A stretch of DNA of 64,000 nt from Octopus bimaculoides (lineage: Eukaryota), in assembly GCF_001194135.2 (NCBI RefSeq), contig NC_068984.1:92828809-92892808 (forward strand). Direction: 5' to 3'. Below are positions 12,195 through 25,957 of this stretch, in pieces. The position numbers and the translations under genes are program-made. The notes below the pieces were generated by a model, which searched no databases, was not told the DNA's origin, and was given only the letters and a program-made list of their open reading frames with translations. The first letter of the stretch is position 1, and every line of letters begins with the position of its first letter.

Positions 12195-12329
12195 TAACAC
12201 TTATATACGTATACTAAGATGGACATATTCAAAGTATAACTGTATATATGTGCCAACACGTACACCCTCTCTCTCTCCCTGTACATATATACATATATAT
12301 CAATGAAATTCTAACATAGCCAGGTTCTT

Positions 12330-13590
12330 ATGTATTATGGTTTACCTAAAATACATAAGTTGAAGGAAATTCAAAATACATAAAGGATCAAGATAATGAG
12401 CATATAAAATTACTACAATCAAAAGTTCTAAAACTTAGGTCCATTACAGCTGGTCCAGCACGCCCTACCCATCCTCTAAGCAATTTGTTGACATTATTTT
12501 GAAACCATTATGAACCCACATACCAAATATTTATGTATTATGGTTTTTATGGCATTCATGATGGCATTGACTTCCTGTCCAATCATTTCAGAATCAAATT
12601 CATTCTTGCTTAGTTTTGAAGTAGTAAGCCTCTATATAAATATTCCACATGGTTTAGAAATAAAGGTGATTGAATACTGGGTGGAGAAAGCCTTTATATT
12701 AGACAGTCAAACATATCCTTGACAACAACACAGTCTCTATCAAAGGGAAGAATTATCTTCAAATATTAAGCATGGTGATGAGAACCAGGCTTGCCCCAGT
12801 TTATGCAGACTTAGTGATGGGATACTTAAAACAACAACTATATCAAAGAATAGAAGAAAACTACAGCACTGACTTTAGAAGACATACTGAATGTGCATGG
12901 AAGAAATATCTGGATGATTGTGTCATAATCTGGACAAAATCTTTGGAAGAACTCAGTATTCTCCTGAATATTCTGCACCCAACTCTGAAATTTACCATTT
13001 CTCAACATAATGGTAATTAAAAATGATGCCACTGTTACTTCTGATATATATTATAAAAACACAGATACACATCAGTACCTTAACTTTAAATCCTGCCACC
13101 CAACACATACAAAACACAATATCTCATACTGTCTAGCCAAAATAAGTTTGGACCATTATTAATGATGGAGATACCAGAGACAAACATCTCACAAAACTTA
13201 AAGGATTTCTGCTCAAACAAAAATACTTGCTCCTACTTATAGAAAATGGTATAGAGCATGCTAAACAAATACCTACAGAACTACTTAGAGCAGTTTAGAG
13301 AAAGAGGAACATGAAAATAGAATATTACACCGTTTATAGTGACATATAACCCATATCACCAAAATATCATTAACATTGTCAAATTAAACTTGCTTATCAT
13401 TGGTCAAAGTAATAAACTAAAAGATATAATTACTAACTGAACACTGATTCAAAGTAGAAGGTATCAAAAAAATTTGAAGCAATTATTGACAAAGGTAAAG
13501 TTTGACCTAAACAACAATGATAAAACATTCTTAGTACCCAAATGCAATGTCAATCAGTGCAGTACATGTCAGTTCATACATACCAGTGAT
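12330..13590 (+). mobile_element. Degenerate PLE (Neptune-like RT)
   Basis: FEVVSLYINIP, MRTRLAPVYADLVMGY, KYLDD, YYKNTDTHQYLNFKSCHP and a C..C..C linker. Confidence 0.8.
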
Positions 13591-14700
13591 CTCTTAGCAA
13601 GATTCCCAACTTCAACCTTTCCATGCCTCTCTGTGCCATAAGCAAATGGTGTTCTCTCTTTGTCAAGGCCCAACTCTCACATGTGTATGGCATTGTAGGC
13701 AAAACTGTGCTGCCTTCAGCACATTCTTCACTGAGTTGAATGCACTTACCCTATGCAATATCTTGTTCTTCATCTCTTGCTTTATAGTCAAGAAGTGACT
13801 GAGATACACATAGCTGCTCACCTCTTCTATTTCATCATCTCTAACTGTTAAGTGAGTGATTGATATACTCAATCTGCATGTACTTGGTTTGCACATGGCT
13901 GATCTTCAGGCTAACCACCAAACCCCTGAAATCCAGTTCATCCAGCATGGTCTGCAGCTGATTGGTGCTCTCCACTGTTAGCGCTATGTCATCAGCAAAT
14001 CTTAGATGGGTGAGCAGCTCTCCATTTATCCTTATGCCTCCATTCCAGTTCATGTCTTGCATGACCATTTTGAGACATGCTGTGAAAAGCTTAGGAGAAA
14101 TTATGCCTCCTTGGTTAACACCCTTCTCCACCGGAACATTCACTAGTGAGGATGACAGGACCACATTTGTTGTGCACCCAGTATTCACCTCCCTAAGGAG
14201 AGTGACATACTGTGTCGTCACACCTTGTTTCCTGAGAGCTTGCAGTACTGCATTGATTTTGACGCTGTCAAAGGCTTTCTCACAATAAATAAACACAATG
14301 CACAGAGGCAGCTAATACTCTCTTGCTCGTTCCAGCAACTGCGTTAAATATATGATCTATAGTGCTGTACTTCTTTCTGACCCCCCCCCCCNNNNNNNNN
14401 NNNNNNNNNNNCCCCGTTCTCTTGGCTGCCACTCATCCAGTTATTGAGATAATTGTTCAGCAATTGTCTTCATGAATAACCTGTAAATATGAGACAGTGG
14501 GCAGATGGGATTGTAGTACTTAAGATCTTCCTTATTGCCCTACTTGTACAGCAGGATTGTATTTGACTCCTTCTATTGGGAAAGTACTGACCCTTCTTCT
14601 AGGTAACAGTTGAAGCCTAGAGTGAGGATTTTCCATATCTGCTCTCCACTGGCCTGTAGCATTTCAGCCTTGGATAAATATAGTAATAACGAAAATGACT
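13590..14700 (-). mobile_element. RTE-clade LINE RT fragment
   Basis: EKAFDSV, GVNQGGIISPKLF, HLRFADDI and EVSSYVYL. Confidence 0.88.
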
Positions 14701-15329
14701 TGTGGATGGAAATTTTTAGACATTATTAATGTATTGTGACACACCTTTCTGCATCCCACATGTTCATTTGTGAGGACATTTTCACATCCATAGGATATTA
14801 TTAAATATTACTTATAACACTATGAATCTTGGGTATACCTCCATTACCTCTGTTACAAGTGTATGCTTCTTCAAGTATTTACATTAATACTTTTGCTAGT
14901 TGAATGTTTAGACTTAAAGACATTTACCATTTTACACCAACCAGGAAGCTCTGTTAATTTTTTAAGCATTAGTTGTAAATTATCACAATTTATCAAAGAG
15001 AGGAGACAAAGACAAAGGAGAAAAAGAAAAAAAACATTAGGTGTTACTTGTGGTTCAGCACAGCAAGCGTAAACCAAAGCAGAAAAAAAAAAAAGCATCA
15101 TGAAGGAAACATTAGATTTTACTGAAGGAAGTCAGGACCCCTCCCCATCCCATGTGTTTCCGTAATGATTGAACAGACATGTAAATAATAAAACAAAGGT
15201 TCATTTTTGATATTATCAGTTTTGGAATAATTTATGAAGATGTCAGAAAGGATTCCCATTAAGAGCAGTGTAACTATACTGCATTGTGTCTTTCTGTGCT
15301 ACTAACCACAATCATCTTAAAGGGGTGTA

Positions 15330-16110
15330 CTGTCTGTTCATGATTCATGGATCTCATTTATTGATGGTCCCTGTTTTTGTTATTCTAACCAATTTACCTC
15401 CATTATTTTTTGTTCAAAATATATTTCAGTGAGATAATATATCAGACTTACATTAATATGCATATGAGTTATACTGGTATCCGTGATAATTACAATCCAC
15501 AATGTCTATATACGTTTGCAATAATATTATTCCATATGATGGATCTTCTTTGTTTGCTCATGTTCACAAGCCTTGTCCATGTTGGTGGTTCAGATATTAT
15601 CCAGGATTATTTAATGTATTTTTCAGGGGTTTTTTTCAAATTCCATGAAAGAATTTTCAATTCTATTACATAATAAAACTATCTCTGAATATTTATTACC
15701 TATCTATTCTTTACAGGGAATAATTTTTAGTGTTTCTTCTAAGCATAAGTTGCAGACTTGGGAGATTCCATAATAGCATTTTTCAGTATGGACCATTTTG
15801 ATGTATATTCCTTTCCACTTCATTTTAATCCCCAGATGAGATTTGCTGATGAGGTGCAGTGACTCTTATTTTCCTCAGAAAAGGATGTGATGTGGTTTCT
15901 CAGGCAGTTTTTCACCATATCCGTTGTTGTACCAACATATACATATTTCTGTGCACCCATTTGTACTTCACATTTATAAATAAAATTCCACCTCATGCAG
16001 TTGTTTTCAAATTTATATTCATTGAAGTTGTATCTTATGGAGTTGTTTTCTGTACTTTGGTCCTCTGTTTCTGCATCTTTATTTTTGTTGCTCAGTGAAC
16101 TGTTCAAACG
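15330..16110 (-). mobile_element. Highly degenerate Hydra-like PLE remnant
   Basis: GIY-YIG: FIYKCEV...YVGTT...RNHITSF...SHCTS..NLIWGLK. Confidence 0.65.
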
Positions 16111-17289
16111 CGTGTTTTGGATGTAACTTGTGTTATTTTTGTAGATTACTGTTCATCCCTTTTCTATTCCTATTTTTTTTCTGCCTATCCCGAGTTCTGA
16201 ATCTTCCTTCAAAGAAGTATTAATATTTCCATTTATGTTCCGTTTTCTTTTCAGTATTTATTATTCCTGTCCCTATTCATTTTCTCCCTATTTACTTATT
16301 TTCACATGCTGTGCTTTCATTTCTATATTCCAGTTTTATTTTATTCAGTTTTTTTTTTTGCTATTTAGTTTATGCAGGTTGTGTTAAGTTGCATATGCTA
16401 ATTTTACTTTTGTGTCTGTTAAAAATGTAGTTCCTACTCAATCTAAAAACATGTCTATCTAATGCATAGAAGAATTCACATGTGCTGTCTGCACAATATC
16501 TGCTACATAAAATAGCAAGATAAGATATCAAATGTTAAAATTTTAGCAAAATATGATATTTCTAGTATCAAAAGCTTGCTGCTGAGAATTCAGTGCAGAT
16601 GGGTTTGAATATAGTGTTCGATTGAAAGATGACCACATTCCGAAAATACTTTTGTTAGGCCAACAAGTAGAGGGATGCTATAGTAAAGGAAGACCTGTCC
16701 TTAGATATAAAGATAAACTGAAGTAATCACTAAAGTCTCTACAGCTTAATTTGACATCTTCTGAAATTATTACCTAGATCGATCTGCATAGTGTAAAATG
16801 TGTCATGATGCATCAAAACAACTTGAGTTGAAGAAACAGAACAATAAAAGAATTATATTCTGCAATCAACTGACACATTTGCCCAATCTCAGACAAAATC
16901 AAAATCATCAGTGTTCCGATTGCAACTTCATAGCAAAATTCATACCTGGACTCAAATTTCATTCATGCATCCATTGCAAATAAATGCAGCTTCTTTTATT
17001 CTTAAAGTTGTTCTTTCTCTCCCATACATCGAAATTGATAGGAGTGTTTTGCAATGCAACATCAGAGGTACTCAGTGTGGTAAGTACCACTCCGCAAGGG
17101 GGAGTTAGGCATGTCAAAGGGGAACATTATACTTGGGTGGGTGGCAGGGAAGGGTGTGCTAAAGTAACATAATTAACATACTAAATTTTATCTAGTGGAC
17201 TAGAGCAATGTGAAATAAAGTGTCTTGCTCAAAGACATAATGCACCACTGGGAACTGAACTGATGACCTTACAACCATGAGCTGAAAAT

Positions 17290-18780
17290 AGGTTTTTTTC
17301 AAGGGTTCCATTCATTTTTTTTAGGTTCAGTACCTCAAAATCCCTTCTTTTCACTTGGAAACTATGCCTGGAACTCTTTAACTTGTGAACTATGTCTTGA
17401 TGAAACCCTTTCCCCTGCTCCTCACTCACATACCACAGACTTTCCTGAAAGAAATCCAAATGGACACATAGAAAATGAACATTAATGCTCATTTTATTCT
17501 AAGGCCTCCAGCATTTTTCCCACTATGTGTTAGTAGTTTGGATCCTTGTGATTACTCAAGAAGTTCTTCATCACATCTTTAAGATAAATCCAGGCATCAT
17601 TTTCAGAATCATTAAGAGAGTTTTTGAAATTTTCATCTTTGGTCCCACAAATACACTCTGTTCAACTTTGGCATCTGAGAGAGCAGGAAACTTGCTATGC
17701 AAGTACTTGAAGCTCTATCCACTCTGTGGCAAAGCTTTTACGAATTCATTCATGAGGCCAAGTTTTATATGTAGAAGAGGAAAAAGAACTTTGGATCAAA
17801 GGATATTCTTTGTTCCTGGTGTAGTGTATTCTTACTTGGCCATTCTCTTTTTAGACCTATGGCTCTACTCTCATTCACATAAGAAGCAAGGAAACTTTGT
17901 GTAGCCTAACTATTGTCCAAGCAACATTCAAATTATTTTCAAGTTGCCACAAATTATCCAGTCGTGATCTTTGAATTTAATCTTATGTAAGAACGACACC
18001 AAAGTTTCATGTTTCCTTCATGATCACTAAGTATCCCACAGGGATGGAAGCATATTTATTACCATTATGCAGTAGAACAACTTTAAGATATTTCTTTGAA
18101 AAGTCAAATAAATAGTCTCCATTCATAAGGGCCGTAACTTTTCCCAACTTTCTTATTTGTCCCAATGGATCTGTACGTTAAACCAAATCATTTTCTTGAG
18201 CAAAATAATTTTTTTTCACAGTTACAATACCAACAAAATGATGTGTGATGAGCTAAAAGATTCTTGGAACTAAAAGCTCTGCTGATTCCTTTGCAAGTCC
18301 TAAGTACCTCACTTGATCATTTAATTTACTCTTATTGAATAGTTGAGGTTCTTCACCTTCACTGCTACTGAAGTCTTCATCATCATTGCTATTTCTGTCT
18401 TCTGTCTCAGAACTCAAGTGTATGTCATCAAGGTTTTCTGGTGGTGATAGGACTAGAATGTCTAATTCATGGACAGCAGGTTGCAATGAAGATGGGAAAT
18501 TTGGATTAACAATAATTTCCCCACCCTTCAAATTGTCCCTGCACCTTACATGAGCAAAAATAGCAGCCATCACTGACATTTTTAGGTTCTCTCCATATCA
18601 TTAGGACCCCAAAACGAAAAGATTTCTTTGAACATTTTATCCATTGTCTTAATTTTTCAACAAAAATTAAATGGGCCTTATGAGGAGTCCATTTCTTATT
18701 TTCATTTCTTAATTTCACACCAAAGTAGGCATAGTAAGACATTTTGAAAGTTCAGTAATGTTTCTCTGATATTTTTTAGT
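17290..18780 (-). mobile_element. DNA transposase remnant, probably CMC/Chapaev-3 type
   Basis: YFGVKL..ENKKWTPH, MIWREPKN..DGCYFC, FNKSKLNDQVRYLGLAKESAELL and VHFL..HLDFFQE...VSEEQG..FHQDI. Superfamily assignment is from memory. Confidence 0.7.
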
Positions 18781-19569
18781 CAAATGTAATGAATTTTACT
18801 CAGGCTTGCTCCACATCTAGAAGACTGCCTTACTTCAAATCATGAGGAGTTTGGTAAGGAAAAGGGAAGGGAACATTTTTAACAACATATATTTGATTTA
18901 CCATCTAAATATGGTATTAATACCATTAAAGAATCTGGAGAGGGAGTGTTATCTAATTTGCCAAAAGATACTTCTCCATATGTTTGCATTTCCTGAAAAT
19001 TTCTGATCAACTGGGCAATGTGATTCTTAGCTCTAAGAATTCCACTGTGCTGCTCTCTGGATTGAGCAGCTGTATCATAGACTTTAGACCCTTTCCATTG
19101 ATTGTACATCAAGTAGCTTTATGGCTTTAGGGGATATAACTCTTCCTTTTTTTCTTTTTTCATTTCTTTCACTCTTCTGCTTTTTGCATTGACCTTCCTC
19201 TTGTTTTCTTTCATGATTTCTCTTGTTCTATTGTCCTGGTTTGTAACTTGTTTAGGCTATGTGTTCAGAACCCAAAGATTGCATGGAGACACTAAGTATA
19301 TTATTAAAACCTGCCTAGAAAACATCTCCAATGTATGAAACTATTAGTAGCTCACAACTATATACTGTGTATATTAAACAATATTTATTCATTAGATGGA
19401 ATACTTTGTTGAAATTACCGTTATGGAAAAGTAAACTGTGTCTGGATTGGTGTGTGCATATGTGTGTGTGTGTATGTGTTTGTTTCATTTTTTTATCTTT
19501 CTTTCATTTTAGTTTGTTTTACCATACTCGCCCTCCACATACATACACATGCACACAGACAAATGTATA

Positions 19570-22320
19570 TAATTTGAGATTGACACCTCTTGATGCAGCT
19601 ATCTTCATTCATGCATATTACATTCAGCTGAGAGCCACTCCAGCAGATCATGAAGAAGCTGGATGTCCTTCCTAATGCCAACCACTTTACAGAGTGTACT
19701 GGGTGCTCTTATGCAGCACTGGCATAGGTGTGTTTACATGGTACTGCAAGGTTAGGAATGCTCAGCCAGAGAGGGATGCAGGAAACAACCTGTATGCAAG
19801 GACAACCACAATCTTACTTAGTTTGATGTGTCTTTTCAAGCACAACAAACTGCCAGGAGCCTTGGTCCCCTGTCATCTCATTGGTGAATCCCAACATCTG
19901 TAGATCCTTTCTCACCACTTCATCTCACATCTTCCTTGGTCTAACCCTTCCACATGTTCCCTCTACAATTTGAGATTGACACCTATTGATGCAGCTATCT
20001 TCATTCATGCATATTACATGGCCATACCTGTACAGTCTTCTCTCTTGCATGCTATATCTGATGCCTCATATACCCAGTTTTTCTCTCAAGTCACTTAAAC
20101 TTGGTCATATATGCACACTGATATTATCCATCCAGTGGGGCACACTGGCTTCATTTCTTCTGAGCCTTCGCATATCCTCAGTAGTCACAGGCCATGTAGT
20201 ATAGCTGTTTATACACAAGCATCATACAATCTGCCTTTCACTTTCAGGGAGAGGCTCTTCATTACTAACAGAGGTAGTAGCTCTCTGAACTTTGCCCAGC
20301 CTATTCTTTTTCTAGCAGCTATGCTTTGAAAACAATCTTCCTCTCTACTAACTTGGTCACTTAAGTAATAGAAACAGTCTACTACTTCTAAGGATCTCCA
20401 CTGACATCTGAGGGAGTCTATTTTTTGTACATTCCTGGTGTTTAATGTACTTGCACATCTGACACATGTAAAGACTACTTTCTCTGTTAGTCTTCCAGTG
20501 GTGATATTACTACACCTTTTATGTATCCATAGCTTGCACTGAGTGCACCTTTTCTACATATTAAGCAGCACCATCTTCCTGAAGGGATCTGTAATTTGTC
20601 TGTCTTCCTGCTTATCAATACTTTGGTCTTTGCTAAATTAACTCTAAGGCCTTCTAATTCCAGTCCATGCTTCCTTACCTGAAATTTCTTCTCTAGTTCT
20701 AGTAGTGATTCAGCAATAAAAATAAGGTCATCGGTATAGGGGAGTTCCCAAGGGCAGTCAGTTTTAAATTCCTCAGTTATAGCTTGGAAGATCACAATAA
20801 ACAAGAGGGGGACTCCTACATGTATGCTAAACTCCTTGCTATATTCATTGGTGACTCACACCTTACTAACATATCTAGTACATGGCTGGTACAGCCCTCA
20901 CTAACTACTCACCTATCCTTAGCTTTCGCATTGCCTACTAGATAAGGGAGTGGGGGACCTTGTCAAAGCTTTCTGCATGTTGATAAAAGCCAAATACAGA
21001 GGCTTATTTTTGGCCAGGTATTTTTCCTGCAGTTGCCTCACCAGGAAGATAGCATTAGTGGTGTTCTACCTGACATAAATCCAAACTGCACCTTGACTAG
21101 ACTAACCCTCTTCTTAATTAATTGGGCTATGACCTTTTCAGCAACTTTCATCACTTGGTCCAGCAATTTGATGCCTTTGTAACTATTTCTGTCTAGGACA
21201 TCACCCTTGCCTTTGTAGCAGCTGACTATAATGCTACTACACCAATCATTGGGTATGACTCCCTCATGGACAACCTGATTAACTATATGGGTAACCTGGT
21301 CATATCCCACTCCACCAGATATTCTAAGCATCTTAGCAGTGACACATGATGGGCTGGCGGCCTTCCCTGTCTTTATATCCTCAATTGCTCTATCTAATAA
21401 GATACTATCAATTTAGATAACCAGCCCTTCTGTTGCATCAATTTTAGGTGGCTCTCCTTCTCTCATGCATTCTCTACATTTAGCAACCTTTCATAGTGGC
21501 ACTTCCAGAAACCATCATCCTTGTGAACATATTTCTCTCCTATCACATCATGATTTTCTTTGACACACTGTCTTGCAATCTGAAACATTGGCAAACTTCC
21601 TCCTTTCTGTTTCTCCCCTGGTTAAGTATACCTGTCTTCTAGCTCCCCTCCTAGTTACCAGATATAGATATCTGCTATCGCCATTCTTCCAGTCCTTCCA
21701 GGCCTGTTTCTTTGCTCTAATAGCCTTATCTGCAACATCATTCTACCACCACATCACCCTAGGTTTGGTTGGGACTTTGCACCACCTGACTTGTTCTGTG
21801 GCACTCGGCAGGAACTCTCAGCTTCCCTCTATGCTATAAGTCTGTAGTTCCTCCTCCTTCTCATTAAATTTCTCAAGTAGGGTGTCCCTAAATTTCTGAC
21901 CATTTAGATGATCCTTAAGCTTCCAAATCCTTCTTTTCCAGATTGGTCTGCTTCTTGGAATCTTTCTAGCCTGAAGTCTGAAGTCATTAATAACTAATCT
22001 ATGCTGGGGGTACATTCTTCACCAGGGAAGGTCTTTGTATTTATTAGCAACCATGTATGATACTTTCTGGTGAGAATGTAATCAATCTGGCTAGCATGGT
22101 CACCTGATTGATAGGCTTCCTGAAATTGATGTTGCAGGTAATTAGGTTATTTTGCATCACAGAACTCCAGTAGCCTTGTTCCCTCTTCCTTTCAGGAACC
22201 AACTCCATGGCCCCCATGTATACTATGGAAGATACCTGGCTGTTGCCCAACATGTCCATTAAAATCACCAGCCACGAAAATTAGGTCATTGTCATTTGTC
22301 TTTGAGGTAGCCTGCAGGTG
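19570..22320 (-). mobile_element. RTE-clade LINE, degenerate (endonuclease and RT)
   Basis: VAGDFNGHVG, GKGDVLDRNSYKGIKLL, QFGFMSGR and CPWELPYTDDL. Confidence 0.9.
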
Positions 22321-22353
22321 AATATCATACATATGCATGCATGCGCACGCACG

Positions 22354-22393
<40 letters not shown>

Positions 22394-23076
22394 ACACTCA
22401 CATGCACACCACACACGCACCACACTCACATGCACACCACACACGCACCACACTCACATGCACACCACACACACATGCACACCACACACTCTCTCTTACA
22501 CACATACATTCATATTTACATTATGTATATTATATATACATGTGTGTATGTGTGTGCATGTATGCGTGTAATGTGATGATAGTTTTCAAATCGTTAACCC
22601 TTTAATCTTTTTTTTACCATATTTCTGTTGAAATGCTCTTTGTTCCTTTCAACTAATTTTAGATATAACAAAGAATTTAGTAAAATAACTTAGTTATCAT
22701 GAAGCTAGTGTTAAGAACATACAACAGAGCCAGAGGTGGTTTCAACCAGGTTGGTATCAAAAGGGTTATTCTTAACTAAAGTATAAGTAGCCATTGAGCT
22801 AAGAACAAAGTATAGTTTTGAATTGTTAATTTAAAACTATGCAATATGAGTTTCTGTAAGAGCAAAATTAAAGACTATATCCCGGAATTAATGGTCATAC
22901 TTTACAATTTCTATAAGCTTGAAGCTTCCATAAGCTTCCTCTGACTTGAAGTAGCTGTAATCAAATCATCTTAAAAAAAGATAGATTTCTGAAAACAAAT
23001 TGAGAAGTCATAAAACCATATTTTTGTTGAAGTCAAATTTTAAAATGAAGAATGTAAAATAAAGATGCAAAAATAT

Positions 23077-23082
23077 TTTATT
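23077..23082 (-). promoter_or_regulatory. Candidate proximal polyadenylation signal AATAAA of DIPK2A
   Basis: AATAAA about 20 nt after the stop codon, followed by T-rich sequence. The AT-rich background makes this weak. Confidence 0.3.
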
Positions 23083-23102
23083 ATTTTCTTTTCACTAGTA
23101 AA

Positions 23103-23428
23103 TCATGCTCTAGAAATAATTTTTTGAAGAGACCTGATAAGTTGGTCAGTTACTATCTGCCGTTGACCTTTTATTGATGGTTGCATACATTCTTTGATAA
23201 GATCACCTAAAAACCACTTTTGCTCAATGTTCCAAGGTATGTGATGTAAGAGACCATATGTAGTAGCACCAGAGTATGCATACTTAGATAGCAGGCTGCG
23301 ACAAACACCATAATAATTATGGTCTGCATCTAAATGCAAACATAACTGTTTGTCAGAGAAACTAATGCAATCTGAATCACATTCATCATAGACACTCTCT
23401 GCTAGTTGGTTCCATCCAGGGGGTTTTA
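23103..23428 (-). CDS. DIPK2A: DIPK2A coding exon 4 (C-terminus and TGA stop)
   Basis: Acceptor TTTTTGTTGTTCCAG|TA completes a phase-1 codon (TTA). Encodes KPPGW...DECDSDCISFSDKQLC...DHNYYGVC..LL...GLLH..P...LIKEC, matching the family C-terminus. Confidence 0.95.
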
Positions 23429-24099
23429 CTGGAACAACAAAAATACCAAATTCACAAAAAGTACAAATCACTAGTTTTGAAGATGAGGAACAATAATTAT
23501 ATGGAAATAATTTATAACTGAAAAGACAAATTCAAATGGAGAAATAGCAGAATAACTGGTTGTGCCAGACCCTTGAGAACTATCATAAATACAGATGACA
23601 GGAATTTAATGATTCAGAGACATAGGGCATTTTGCATCTTAATGACATTGTTTTAATTACAGAATCTTTTGAAGTTTAAAGGTAATAGAATGAGTCACAA
23701 AGGCTAAGGTAGCAGACACATCTACAGAGAAAGTTAGTTCACTATGCAGGAAAGGCACTAAGAATGTGAAATCAGTGAAAATGAGATACTGTAGCTTTTA
23801 GTAGATTTAAGCTCTCATATTCATATAAGAGAAAGCTGTCAAAGCAAAGTGGATAATATGTGGGTAAATGAAAAATCTAAAATCCAAGAAACCTGATGAG
23901 GGTCTACATTAGTTACAATGGTAATGGTTAATCCAAGCAAGTTTGTTGGGTGTCAATAAATTTGGTTGACATGACAAATGAAAAAAAAAAAAAAAAGAGA
24001 AAAACTTTTGCTTTGAGCTATAACACTTCATTGGAATGTAATGTTGAAGTAATACAAAATGGAAGTCCAAAAGGAATGTGAATAAATTATTTAGAAAGA

Positions 24100-25400
24100 A
24101 GGAGGAGGAAAAGGTAATCACTATAAATTAGAGATGTGAGAAATAAGGGTAATAAAATGGGGTAAGGGATAAGGAAAAGAGCAAAGTGATTTGTGTGAGA
24201 GCTATTAGCCAGACAGTCAAGCCATTGATGTAGACATTGTAAGCTAACTGGGAGTCTTCAGAACTTAGTGTTGGCAAACTCTACAGATAGAGAAAGAGGA
24301 GGAGGTGAGGTTAGAGGAAGTGAAATAGGAAGCTACAGGTTTCAGAAAACTCTGGATTTTATTTTAGATACAAAGGCGATGTTTCTGGAACCAATTACTC
24401 AGGTAGCAAGTGGTTTCACCTCTATACAAAGCATTACAGTAAAAGCATGTGATATAGCATACTAGATTAGCAGAGATGCAATCAAAGTAGCCAGAACAGA
24501 GAACCTCTTGATTAGGCGGATATATTCTTTACTCTTTTACTTGTTTCAATTATTTGACTGCAGCCATGCTGGAGTGCCACCTTTAGTCGAATAAACCGCC
24601 CCCAGGACTTATTCTTTGTAAGCCTAGTACTTATTCTATTGGTCTCTTTTGCTGAACCACTAAGTTACTGGGATGTAAACATACCAACACCGGTTGTCAA
24701 GCAATGGTTGGGGAGAAACACAAACACACAAATACACACACACACACACACACATGCACATGAAGAACTTCTTTCAGTTTCTGTCTGCTGAATCCACTCA
24801 CAAGACTTTGGTCAGCCCAAGGCTATAGAAGACACTTGACTAAGGTGCCATGCAGTGGGACTGAACCTGGAACCATGTGGTTAGGAAGCAAGCTTCTTAC
24901 CACAGAGCCACTCCTGTAGGTTTTTACTATATTTAAAGGAGAGATATGGAAGTTGATGGAAAAGGGTGGAAGGTAGTGGCAGAGTTGAAGTGTGGAGGGT
25001 GATATAGTAGAGCAGAAGGGTAATAGAGTGGAAGATGGAAGGACTATTTTTTGTAGGTAGGCATGTATGGGGAAGAAGGTCAGTGATATGGTTAATAGCT
25101 TGGACTTGACTGCAGGATTAGGATACACCCAAGCAAACAGAAAGTGGTGCCTTTTGATTTGGTTTTAAAATCATAGTCACTGAAAGAAGGGGATGGTTTG
25201 TATAAAAAGGCAGAGAGTTAAGGTTGGTGATAGAAACAGATATCTGAGAAATTGCTGGAGGTATCCAAGATGTTGAAAGTGAATTCCAGTGTAGAGTGGA
25301 GGACATTTGCAAAGAAAACAAAGGTGCGCAGGTCCTTGGTGAGTGAAATGGCATGAATATAAGGACTGAATAGATTAATGGTTGGTCCAGTTACTGAGCA
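24100..25400 (-). mobile_element. Degenerate Neptune-like PLE remnant in DIPK2A intron 3, interrupted by a SINE
   Basis: Manual translation near 24380-24450 gives CNALYRGETTCYLSNWFQKHR (GIY-YIG). RT-thumb-like DISVSITN near 25230. Confidence 0.55.
24525..24918 (-). mobile_element. tRNA-derived SINE
   Basis: Head GGAGTGGCTCTGTGGTAAG...GGTTCAGTCCCAC, central (TG)n and conserved tail shared with the other copies. Confidence 0.88.
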
Positions 25401-25779
25401 AAAATTTGAGCCTCAAGATATGTTAGTTTAATTAGAAGTTATCTTTGTGCTGATGACCATTTCAGTAACCTAATGACAGAACTCTCTTGTAAAAAAAAGA
25501 AGCAGTTTAATGTGAGAATGAGTTTAGTGAGGCAAGAACTTAAGGATTAAGATGACTAACTTGTCTTCACCATTATACAATATGATACCATTGTATCCAT
25601 TTTACTATGGCAATAAGGTGGAGGTTGCTTGGCTAAAGAGGAGGGAATGCAAATTAACTCATTAGTGTTGTGCTCATAATTTTTATACTACTTCCAGAAA
25701 GAGAAGTGGGGTGGAGAGAGTTCAGAATCAAAATGACAGTTTATGTTATTGAAAAAATGCTTGAATTTATAGAACTTAC

Positions 25780-25957
25780 ATTTTGCTAGCTCTAGTCTGT
25801 CAACCACAATGATATTCTCAACATCCACAATTTTCACCTGACCATTTGAGTTTACAGCTAAGTTGTCCATTTTTATATCAGTCCAATAAAGGGACCAACC
25901 ATCAGAGCTGTTGGATAATTTCACTGCCATCATTAAAATTTGTAATGTTAGGTTGGC
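25780..25957 (-). CDS. DIPK2A: DIPK2A coding exon 3 (catalytic loop YWTDIKMDN and DFG-equivalent IVDVEN)
   Basis: Lies within ORF 25688-26020. Acceptor ATATTTTTCAG|GCC, donor AAAT|GTAAGTT, 178 nt, phase 0/1. Confidence 0.95.

Noticed and set aside
19571-20016. 50-bp direct repeat at 19571 and 19967 as LTRs or TSD
   Set aside because: Both copies are RTE 3' sequence, best explained by a rearranged or double LINE fragment.
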